64,000 nt of DNA from Macrostomum lignano. Its lineage: Eukaryota. Of the stretch, positions 24,838 to 35,203 are shown piece after piece (within the stretch, counting starts at the first letter, position 1; every line of letters begins with the position of its first letter). The DNA lies in contig NIVC01000764.1 of the NCBI GenBank assembly GCA_002269645.1, forward strand, positions 62,001-126,000, given 5' to 3'. A program made the position numbers and the translations under genes. The notes below the pieces were generated by a model. The model searched no databases. It worked only from the letters and a program-made list of their open reading frames with translations, and was not told where the DNA came from.

Positions 24838-25845
24838 AAAGCTTTAACTTTAACAACTATAATACTAATAGTATAAAGTTATTAATATTAGTGTTAATGC
24901 TTCCAGATAATGCTTCTAGGCAAACAATTAGTACAAAACTCTACTATTTGCATTGTAAAAGTATAGCAAATTTAGAGCACAATGGGCCATATGTTTAAAA
25001 TTGGACCTAAAGAATTCAGTCATTTAGTGAAGCATCAAAATATTATTATTAAATAGGCCCTAGTAGAGCATGAAACGGTTGTAAAATGTTAAAACCAGCT
25101 CGATATGATACATTTGTGATAGCGGTACAAACAGGTACAGCCCGCCAGCTTTGACATTGGTTTAACATGGTAATCTGTACCAAGCTACTACCACACAAGT
25201 CACGACCGAGGTCGCTTCGCCGGGCCGATTAGGGTGTTTTTTCTTTTTTGAAATCGCGCGCAAAAACGTATTTTTATCATTATTGGCTCACATTTTACGC
25301 CGACGTAGCATATATCTTTGAGTCTCAAAGATATCAATAAGAGAACATAAACTGTAGTTTCGAGAAAAACTCTATGATTATGTAATTCGTTTTAACCGCA
25401 AATGCCGTGTATTTTAGATTTCATTGTCAACAACTCGGTGGTAAAGTAATTAACAAGGCAGCCAGTAGTTTAAATCAACATTTTCAAATTAAACTGCAGT
25501 TATTCGAAAGAGGTATAGCTTTATTTAATGTAAACAATCTACAGTATGATTAATTAAAGAACGTGTTGCACATGTAAGCCTACATAACAGCGCATGAAAT
25601 ACAGTACACGAAACGTGTATGCGTAAACATGTTTTACAAAAGTACCTGCTCTAACACAAAACGTACTCTGAATAATCCGTATTAAATAACCTTGTAAGCT
25701 AAAAATGTTCATACCTATGTACATGTACACGACACATACAGTACACACATGCACACGATACTCTACTTCAACACTCAACACTTGAATTTGAATTTGAAGC
25801 TTTCAGTTTCAAAGCTACTGCACAAAATACTCGTATATTCAAATT

Positions 25846-26860
25846 TCAATTTCCTGACTCTCGAACTTTCCCGTTGGCGGCGGCGAATACGGCGGCCCTA
25901 GTTAGGGCAGACACCACTCGGCTGTTGAGCAACAGTTGACCAGTAGAAAAAGGCAATGATGGTGGCCCAGTTTTCGTGGAATAACTTGAAGGTGAAGATG
26001 AAGATTGCTCAGCTGATGAGAAGTCTTGACAGTGGCTGCTTCCATCGACAATTGTGAAACCGGGAATAATGAAGCCCTGTATCGTGGAAGAAGTAAAGTA
26101 ATGAATTATTGGTTTCGTCGCATTTTCGCGGCTTCGCATGCGTGCACTTTCATGCTAAGTTTCAAGGTGGGGTCAAGGTAGGCACAAGTTATAAGATTTG
26201 CACCCAATCTATCAATCGATGAAATGAAGTAATTATCTATGGACCAGGTCTTTGCCGATTGCTGGCTAGAGATAGGTAATTTCTTGTCTACTAACTCACC
26301 CCATCCTCCGGATCGACAATAAAGTCGCATTCTTCGTCCCTTGTGGTCGATTCGTTCTCACCGCTGTTAACCTGGGCTACGACGAATCCGAGCTCCTCGT
26401 GCTGTTGCGTTTGCTGGCCAGCCAGCTCGAGCTTGATTCGCTTTGTTGCTGATGGAGGAGAGTCCTCGTCAGCATCATCGAGACTCGGCGACTCTTGCGG
26501 CAATTCACCGCCGCCCAGCTCACCGCTGAGAATCTCAGACTCGATAGCGACAGTGGCAACATCGTCAACACGATCCTGATTTAGCTCAGCCTCCGCTTCT
26601 GCCGGCATCACTGACGACTCAGTAGAAGCCTCAGTCGTCGAAGACCACCGACCGTCTTCAGCTGGCCTGCTACTGGCGTCCGGCATCATCATAATACCAA
26701 CTATTCTACTCTGCAGTTGCATAGCTAGCAGCAGGGCGGACATCAAGTCAGACTGGTCTAGATTAGGCAGCATGGCCGAGGCGCAGGCCAGGGTGTCTTG
26801 GAACTGCGCCAGCTCTATGAAGACTTGTTTGTCTTCTGTTGTTGTTGATCTATCGGCCAT
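25846..26860 (-). CDS. Uncharacterised acidic low-complexity protein, 2 exons, about 263 aa
   Basis: Exon 26860-26300 (donor GGG|gtgagt) joins in phase 0 to exon 26076-25846 (acceptor atacag|GGC). It contains the NLS-like KRIK. No family recognised. Confidence 0.55.
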
Positions 26861-27761
26861 AGTTAATGTGAGATTTGCCAAATCAAGTAAAAGTAGCTAA
26901 AATACTAAACTGAGATAGAGACAAAATTTTCTATCGCCTCTATGGACTTCAACAGACTAGCTATCTAGCCTAGGAGACGGGGAGCTCGGCCATAGACTAA
27001 TCACAACCCAACCGCTACAATGCATCGAGCAGCCATGGAAAAAAGCAATCGTGGGGAGGGGGATGGCCCAACCATTGCTTTCCATAGTCTATGGTCATAA
27101 GGCTCGAAATTCAACGGAGAAAAACGCAAAAGTTAAGAAAAACAGAATTTTTTCTCAGACTACAACTATAAAACTGAATTCTGATTGTGTCAGTCACCTC
27201 AGCAAAAATTGGTAGAGATTAACGTGTTTATTTAATTACTATATAAGAAGCAAAATTATATGTTTGGTAATACTCGGATATTTTACACAAGTTGTTGCGA
27301 TAAAGTACTTTACTATTAACAGATTGGTAAGTCCAAGCATTAGCGCATGTATGATGCGTTTATAGAAGAACGACATCGATGTGACAGTATTGTGACTCGA
27401 TCAGAGTGAACGCTATTTACAAAATTTTCTGTTAATTTAACAAAAAACAACATAAAGAAGAGAAATTTATTATAGATCGAATTGATACACAATTATTTGA
27501 TACTATTCAACCTAGACTAACCAAATTAATAAACTGTTGCTAGCTGTTATTATGCCAAAAAGCTGGACTTCTTGCGCTTTGCTTTGAGAAATCGGGGGCC
27601 AATCACATCAGTTTTCTCATCAGTTGAGAAAATGCCGCAACATGTTACTAGCTTGGGAAGAACGTTCAGAAAAAGCTACAAGTATTTTAAAAGCAAGAAA
27701 GATTGAATAATTCTGCCCAATTTGTGAATCTGAGTGTGGCAATGTCCGCCTGAGGGACTGG

Positions 27762-29450
27762 AAGTGTGAGCTGAGGATCTGAGAGTGTGAGCTGAGGATC
27801 TGAGAGAGTGAGCTGAGGATCTGGGAGTGTGAGCTGAGGATCTGAGAGTGTGAGCTGAGGATCTGACAGTGTGATTTGAGGATCTGGGAGTGTGAGCTGA
27901 GGATCTGAGAGTGTGAGCTGAGGATCTGACAGTGTGATTTGAGGATCTGGGAGTGTGAGCTGAGGATCTGACAGTGTGATTTGAGGATCTGGGAGTGTGA
28001 GCTGAGGATCTGAGAGTGTGAGCTGAGGATCTGAAAGTGTGATTTGAGGATCTAGGAGTGTTGAGCTGAGGATCTGAGAGTGAGCTGAGGATCTGAGAGT
28101 GAGCTGAGGATCTGGGAGTGTGAGCTGGGGATCTGAGAGTGATTTGAGGATCTGAGAATGTGATCTGAGGATCTGAGAGTGTGAGCTGGGGATCTGAGAG
28201 TGATTTGAGGATCTGAGAATGTGATCTGAGGATCTGGGAGTGTTGAGCTGAGGATCTGAGAGTGTGAGCTGAGGATCTGGGAGTGTGAGCTGAGGATCTG
28301 GGAGTGTGAGCTGAGGATCTGGGAGTGTGAGCTGGGGATCTGAGAGTGATTTGAGGATCTGAGAATGTGATCTGAGGATCTGGGAGTGTGAGCTGAGGAT
28401 CTGAGAGTGTGAGCTGGGGATCTGAGAGTGATTTGAGGATCTGAGAATGTGAGCTGAGGATCTGGGAGTGTGATCTGAGGATCTGGGAGTGTTGAGCTGA
28501 GGATCTGAGAGTGTGAGCTGAGGATCTGGGAGTGTGAGCTGAGGATCTGGGAGTGTAGTCTGAGGATCTGAGAGTGTGAGCTGAGGATCTGGGAGTGTGA
28601 GCTGAGGATCTGGGAGTGTAGTCTGAGGATCTGGGAGTGTGAGCTGGGGATCTGAGAGTGATTTGAGGATCTGAGAATGTGATCTGAGGATCTGGGAGTG
28701 TGAGCTGAGGATCTGAGAGTGTGAGCTGGGGATCTGAGAGTGATTTGAGGATCTGAGAATGTGAGCTGAGGATCTGGGAGTGTGATCTGAGGATCTGGGA
28801 GTGTTGAGCTGAGGATCTGAGAGTGTGAGCTGAGGATCTGGGAGTGTGAGCTGAGGATCTGGGAGTGTAGTCTGAGGATCTGAGAGTGTGAGCTGAGGAT
28901 CTGGGAGTGTGAGCTGAGGATCTGGGAGTGTAGTCTGAGGATCTGAGAGTGTGAGCTGAGGATCTGGGAGTGTGAGCTGAGGATCTGGGAGTGTAGTCTG
29001 AGGATCTGAGAGTGTGAGCTGAGGATCTGGGAGTGTGAGCTGAGGATCTGGGAGTGTAGTCTGAGGATCTGAGAGTGTGAGCTGAGGATCTGGGAGTGTG
29101 AGCTGAGGATCTGGGAGTGTAGTCTGAGGATCTGAGAGTGTGAGCTGAGGATCTGGGAGTGTGAGCTGAGGATCTGGGAGTGTAGTCTGAGGATCTGAGT
29201 GTGTGAGCTGAGGATCTGGGAGTGTGAGCTGAGGATCTGGGAGTGTAGTCTGAGGATCTGAGTGTGTGAGCTGGGGATCTGGGAGTGTGAGCTGAGGATC
29301 TGGGAGTGTAGTCTGAGGATCTGAGAGTGTGAGCTGAGGATCTGGGAGTGTGAGCTGAGGATCTGGGAGTGTAGTCTGAGGATCTGAGAGTGTGAGCTGA
29401 GGATCTGAGAGTGTGAGCTGAAGATCTGAAAGTGTGATTTGAGGATCTGA
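27762..29450. repeat. 19-21-bp minisatellite (GAGGATCTGRGAGTGTGAGCT) with higher-order blocks
   Basis: Periodicity is directly visible; the long SDPQ ORFs are translations of it. Confidence 0.95.
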
Positions 29451-30264
29451 CAACTCAACAAGAGGATTTGAGAGTTTGACCAAGATAAGTTAGCTGAGGT
29501 ATATAGATGCCAGCAACCGAGCATTAAAATTTCTCCCGCAAAACTACAGCTTGGAAGCATGGCAACTGGAAGGGATAACACTATAAGGACGCGAGGAGAA
29601 GCGATGTTTGCTTTAGAAATATGTGGCCTAAATTGAAAATTAAAAATATATATAACAAAACAACAAAACTTCTCAAGCTGTTATTGAACTACAAGGAAGG
29701 AATTTATGCAACAAAGCAAACTCTCTGCTGATTTAGTAGGAGAAACTGTAGTTAATCTCAGGAGCTCGAATGCTGCTGCTTTTTTTCGTTGCATAAAGAT
29801 CATTACCTACCGAGGGAAGTTTAAAAAAAATAAGCGAAAAAGATTCGAATGCAAAAAATGCGCTACTTGCCTACTGAGTAACAATAGCAGTAGTATATAA
29901 TGTGACAAGATGTGACGATTGTATCGATATCGACAGAGAAAATAAAATAGCAAAAAACTGCTTGCAGTAGAGGAGGAAGGACAATGCCGTCAAATTTACG
30001 AGAGGTGTCCAAAAAGTAGTGGGGAGTTCAACCTAGATTGAACGTACTAGATTGGATGTAACTTGTGAATGCCGGCAGCTGAATCTGAATCCAACTGTAA
30101 GCTAGGTTGAAATTTCACACTTACTTTTTGGACACCTTTCATATCAGGAGTTGAAAACCGATGCATAAGCTAGCCTTGAATGAATGCTTCCGATAAAGTT
30201 GAACTGCCCTGTCTCTGCTATACTACTAGCGATCCTAGGGACAGTGCGCACGGAACTGAACCGG

Positions 30265-32454
30265 TCAAGCATCTGAGCTGTCGTTAAACGCTGAGCTGCT
30301 GTTGCCGCTGTTGTTGTTGGATTCGGCAGTTGTGGCGGCGGCTTCGGCGGCGTCAGCTGGTGCCTCGGCTGGTTCTGCTGTCGGCCGGTGCTCCTCGTGC
30401 TGCTGCTGCTCGCCGCTATCATTGTTGCTGTTGTCCCCGGTGCCATTGGCAACAATATTCGGTGTTGCTGTCGATCGATTTTCGCCGTCGCCTTCACGGT
30501 TGCCGTTGTCGCCGTCGCCGTCGGGAGGCTGGGCAGAAGCGGGCGGCTCCAGCTCCATGAGCAGCGGCAGGTGCATCTGCTGCAGACAGTAGCCGTCGTC
30601 CAGACCGCCGCCAGCGCCGGCACCAAATGTGGCCTCGGATTTGACGATGGCGGCTGAGAGCACCGAGTCGGAGCTGGCGCAGCCGCTGCCACCGCCGCCA
30701 GAGGCGTCGTCCGAGTTTGGTTGCGTCTGTTGCCGCTGTTGCTGCGGCTGCTGCTGCTGAGGACGCGGCGATACAACCAAAGGCGGGATGAGATCGTGGG
30801 TAGGTGAACTGGCTAGGGCTGCTAGGCTGGGCATTGGCGAGTGCTGAGGCTGCTGATGCTGCTGCTGCTGCTGCTGATGCAGCTGATGATGCTGCTGATG
30901 CGGCACATGCGACATCAAGGCGTGAGCTTGCCGACGTCGGCATCCGGTCGGATCAACGTCAGAAATAATAGCGTCAGCCTGACGGTAGAGCCTCGGCCGC
31001 TCCCTCGGCGGGCAGCTGAACCAGGCCTGCAACAGTCGGTTGTCGAAGTCCCTGTCAGGAGCTGACATGCAGTTCGGCCGGTGCAGCAGGTACTGCGCGG
31101 TGCGGAATCGGTGAAACATCATCCGGTCCTGCTGCTGCTGCTGCTGGTCGGCGTCATCTAGATCGCAGGACGGCTGCATGGGACGGTACTGGCTTTGCTG
31201 CTGCTGTTGCTGCTGATACGACGGCGGAGGCGGCGGCATTGGTTGCTGCGGATGCTGAGACGGCGGTAGCTGATGAGGCGACTGGGCCGGCCGATAGCCG
31301 CCGCCGCCGCCAGTCAAAATTCCGGCAGTGGCGGCGGAGGAGGTGGCGGCGGCGGCAGAAGACGAAGCCGGAATTTTGCCGGGAGACATTGCATTCCGCT
31401 GCTGCTGCTGCTGCTGAGCTGAAGGAACTCCTGGATGCTGATGAGGATGCGGAGGCTGCTGCTGATGCTGCACAAGATGATGTGGTGACATCTGCGGCGG
31501 CCGGTGCTGCGGCTGCTGCTGCGGCATGCCTGGCGGCAGACCGAACGGAAATCGCGTTGTTGCCGCCGAAGTTGGCATCTGCGGCAACTGCTGGGGCGAC
31601 TGCGGCGGCAACGGCGGCCTGGGCCGATGAGGCGACATAGTTGCCGGATGCTGGGGATGCTGATGCTGAGGAGGAGGATGATGATGATGATGCTGCTGAG
31701 GATGCTGGGCCCGGTGCTGCATCTGTTGCATTTGTTGCATCTGCTGCAGATGCTGCAGCGGTGGCGGCGGCGGTGGAGGCCGAGGCAGAGGCGGGCGCTG
31801 CTGATGGCTGAAGCCGGGCATTGGCGGTCGCTGCTGGCAAGAAGCCGATGTTGGAGGAGGAGGAGGCGGGGGCGGCTGCTGCTGCTGCTGCGCCTGCAAC
31901 AACCTGGCCGTCTTGGGCGCGGGTTCATCTGCTGCCAGATCCGGCACGCTGTTAGATCGCTTGATGCCTACAGCTGGCAAGGCGGCGGTGTAGTCCGACA
32001 TTTGGCTGGAGCTTGGCGGAGCCAAACGCTGCTGTGGTGGCGGCGGCTGCTGCTGTTGTTGCTGCTGCTGAGGCGGCTGCGGCCTTGGCGCCGAAGGTCT
32101 AGGAGCCGGCGGTCGCGGTTGTTGAAGTTGTCGATGCTGTTGCTGTTGCTGCTTCTGTTGCTGCTGTTGTTGCTGCTGATGTGGCGGCGCAGGAGGCTGT
32201 GTCGATAGCTGATGCTGCGGCTGCTGCATGAGCATCTGAAGCGACCTGCCACACCTGGGCAGCAGGATGCTCAACGCCCGGTCCTGCAACGAGTGGATGG
32301 TGCGCACAGCCTCCAGAAGTTGCAGTTCGGACAGCTGGCCAAGCAGCATGCTGGCATTCTGGATGGTGCTCTGGAACAGCACCAGGCCACGGCCGCTGGG
32401 ACCCGGCGGGCCCGCAGATGCTGCGGCGGCTGCTGCTGCTGCCGCGGCGGCCAT
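30265..32454 (-). CDS. Single-exon poly-Q/P/A-rich protein of about 729 aa with a possible divergent HMG box
   Basis: Long open frame from MAAAAAAAAAAASAG at 32454. Non-repetitive islands include MMFHRFRTAQYLLHRPNCMSAPDRDFDNRLLQAWFSCPPRERPRLYRQADA. Confidence 0.75.
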   Translation of the reverse strand: MAAAAAAAAAAASAGPPGPSGRGLVLFQSTIQNASMLLGQLSELQLLEAVRTIHSLQDRALSILLPRCGRSLQMLMQQPQHQLSTQPPAPPHQQQQQQQQKQQQQQHRQLQQPRPPAPRPSAPRPQPPQQQQQQQQPPPPQQRLAPPSSSQMSDYTAALPAVGIKRSNSVPDLAADEPAPKTARLLQAQQQQQPPPPPPPPTSASCQQRPPMPGFSHQQRPPLPRPPPPPPPLQHLQQMQQMQQMQHRAQHPQQHHHHHPPPQHQHPQHPATMSPHRPRPPLPPQSPQQLPQMPTSAATTRFPFGLPPGMPQQQPQHRPPQMSPHHLVQHQQQPPHPHQHPGVPSAQQQQQQRNAMSPGKIPASSSAAAATSSAATAGILTGGGGGYRPAQSPHQLPPSQHPQQPMPPPPPSYQQQQQQQSQYRPMQPSCDLDDADQQQQQQDRMMFHRFRTAQYLLHRPNCMSAPDRDFDNRLLQAWFSCPPRERPRLYRQADAIISDVDPTGCRRRQAHALMSHVPHQQHHQLHQQQQQQHQQPQHSPMPSLAALASSPTHDLIPPLVVSPRPQQQQPQQQRQQTQPNSDDASGGGGSGCASSDSVLSAAIVKSEATFGAGAGGGLDDGYCLQQMHLPLLMELEPPASAQPPDGDGDNGNREGDGENRSTATPNIVANGTGDNSNNDSGEQQQHEEHRPTAEPAEAPADAAEAAATTAESNNNSGNSSSAFNDSSDA

Positions 32455-32689
32455 AGCAACAAGCAATAAGTAATATTTGCCTTAAAGCTTCAATTAGCAA
32501 TCGAATATTTGCTTATTTAAGTCTTCTTTGCCTGGAATTTTGTTTTAAACCGCCAAAGTTGGAAGCGGCGTTAGCGAATTGGAGTGTGCAAACCTGCAAG
32601 GATGACGAAATTTTGAATACATAGCGAATATTTTAACATTCTTAGGTTCTGAGTAATGAAGTCTAGCAAAATCCATCATCTAACGGGAT

Positions 32690-33530
32690 CCCATGTCTTA
32701 AATCCCAAAATCCTGAATCATACCAAGTTCCCCCTGAATCCCAAATCGCGGTCGAAGGATCCCAAGTCCCTCCTGAATCCCAAATCCTGAAGGATCCCAA
32801 GTCCCTCCCGAATCCCAAATCCCGAATGATGCCAAGTCCCTCCCGAATCCCAAATCCTGAAGGATCCCAAGTCCCTCCCGAATCCCAAATCCTGAAGGAT
32901 CCCAAGTCCCTCCCGAATCCCAAATCCTGAAGGATCCCAAGTCCCTCCCAAATCCCAAATCCTGAATGATCCCAAGTCCCTCCCGAATCCCAAATCCTGA
33001 AGGATCCCAAGTCCCTCCCGAATCCCAAATCCTGAAGGATCCCAAGTCCCTCCCGAATCCCAAATTCAGAAGTATCCCAAGTCCCTCCCGAATCCCAAAT
33101 CCTGAATGATGCCAAGTCCCTCCCGAATCCCAAATCCTGAAGGATCCCAAGTCCCTCCCGAATCCCAAATTCAGAAGTATCCCAAGTCCCTCCCGAATCC
33201 CAAATCCCGAATGATCCCAAGTCCCTCCCGAATCCCAAATCCTGAAAGATCCCAAGTCCCTCCCGAATCCCAAATCCTGAAGGATCCCAAGTCCCTCCCG
33301 AATCCCAAATCCTGAATGATGCCAAGTCCCCCCCGAATCCCAAATTCAGAAGGATCCTAAGTCCCTCCCGAATCCCAAATTCAGAAGGATCCTAAGTCCC
33401 TCCCGAATCCCAAATCCTGAATGATGCCAAGTCCCTCCCGAATCCCAAATCCTGAAGGATCCCAAGTCCCTCCCAAATCCTGAAGGATCCCAAGTCCCTC
33501 CCAAATCCCAAGTCTCTAAGGATCCCAAGT
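32690..33530. repeat. 35-bp minisatellite (AATCCCAAATCCTGAAGGATCCCAAGTCCCTCCCG)
   Basis: About 23 tandem copies. Confidence 0.95.
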
Positions 33531-34145
33531 TCTCGTTCTGTCTCAACTATACAGGTTTCAAGTCCCCCATCTTCTAATTAACTCTAAACTTAGCAGACAG
33601 AAAAGATGAAATAACTCAGAGACACAGTAACCTACTATAAGTAGCAAATATTATTTTGTTCAATTATAGGCCTGATTTAATTTTCTTTGAAAAATAAAAT
33701 ATCAAAAAATCACTCCTTGCCGTCAATTTATAAAAGATTTTCGGTCTTGCTAGCATAAAAATCCAACTAACTAAAGAATATTGAATAAGAGTGAAAAAAT
33801 ACAAAAACAGTTGCTACAAAAATCGGAAAGTACACGCATAGCCAAAACCAATACAATTAAAATTAGAAATCTAATAAAAATGCTTATTAGATAAGTTACT
33901 TGTAAAGTAGTGCTGCATGAATTAATATTAGTGATATTTTCAACAGCCACAACAAAGCATGCCGAATGCTGACATACTGGCGTATCTCTAAGATGATAAA
34001 AGTAGCATATAAAGCACTTTAGCCTTTAAATTTACTGGTAAAGACATGCATGTAAAATGCTCTTTGGCAGCAATTCAGAATGCAAATAGCTAATTTTCAT
34101 TGTTCAATTCAATTTTTGACACGATTGAAAACAGAAAACTTTTCG

Positions 34146-35183
34146 ACGATTGTGATGTGAAGATTGTGGAATGTGAAGATTGTGGAATGTGAAGATTGTG
34201 ATGTGAAGATTGTGGAATGTGAAGATTGTGATGTGAGGATTGTGGAATGTGAAGATTGTGATGTGAGGATTGTGGAATGTGAAGATTGTGATGTGAAGAT
34301 TGTGGAATGTGAAGATTGTGAAATGTGAAGATTGTGGAATGTGAAGATTGTGATGTGAAGAATGGGGAATGCAAAGATTTGGGCGTGAAGAATGGGGAAT
34401 GCAAAGATTTGGATGTGAAGAATGGGGGGTGAGGAGATTTGGACGTGAAGATTGTGGAATGCAAAGATTTGGACGTGAAGAATGGGGAATGCAAAGATTT
34501 GGACGTGAAGAATGGGGAATGCAAAGATTTGGATGTGAAGAATGGGGAATGCAAAGATTTGGACGTGAAGAATGGGAGATGCAAAGATTTGGACGTGAAG
34601 AATGGGGGATGCAAAGATTTGGATGTGAAGAATGGGGGATGCAAAGATTTGGATGTGAAGAATGGGGGGTGAGGAGATTTGGACGTGAAGATTGTGGAAT
34701 GCAAAGATTTGGACGTGAAGAATGGGGAATGCAAAGATTTGGACGTGAAGAATGGGGAATGCAAAGATTTGGATGTGAAGAATGGGGAATGCAAAGATTT
34801 GGACGTGAAGAATGGGAGATGCAAAGATTTGGACGTGAAGAATGGGGGATGCAAAGATTTGGATGTGAAGAATGGGGGATGCAAAGATTTGGGCGTGAAG
34901 AATGGGGAATGCAAAGATTTGGGCGTGAAGAATGGGAGATGCAAAGATTTGGACGTGAAGAATGGGGGATGCAAAGATTTGGGCGTGAAGAATGGGGAAT
35001 GCAAAGATTTGGATGTGAAGAATGGGAGATGCAAAGATTTGGACGTGAAGAATGGGGGGTGCAAAGATTTGGAAGTGAAGAATGGGGGATGCAGAGATTT
35101 GGACGTGAAGAATGGGGGGTGAGGAGATTTGGACGTGAAGAATGGGGGGTGAGGAGATTTGGATGTGAAGAATGGGGGATGCA
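34146..35183. repeat. Compound array: GTGAAGATTGTG(GAA)T units followed by 30-bp GTGAAGAATGGGGAATGCAAAGATTTGGAC units
   Basis: Directly visible; begins about 20 bp after the FPGS stop codon. Confidence 0.95.
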
Positions 35184-35203
35184 ACGATCTCCATCCCTAA
35201 CAG

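Noticed and set aside
27687-29581. 598-aa and 509-aa SDPQ-repeat ORFs
   Set aside because: They are translations of a stop-poor minisatellite, open in several frames, with no unique domain.
30144-32500. Many alternative-frame and antisense ORFs
   Set aside because: Expected by-products of GC-rich CAG/GCN/CCN codon runs in the main 729-aa frame.
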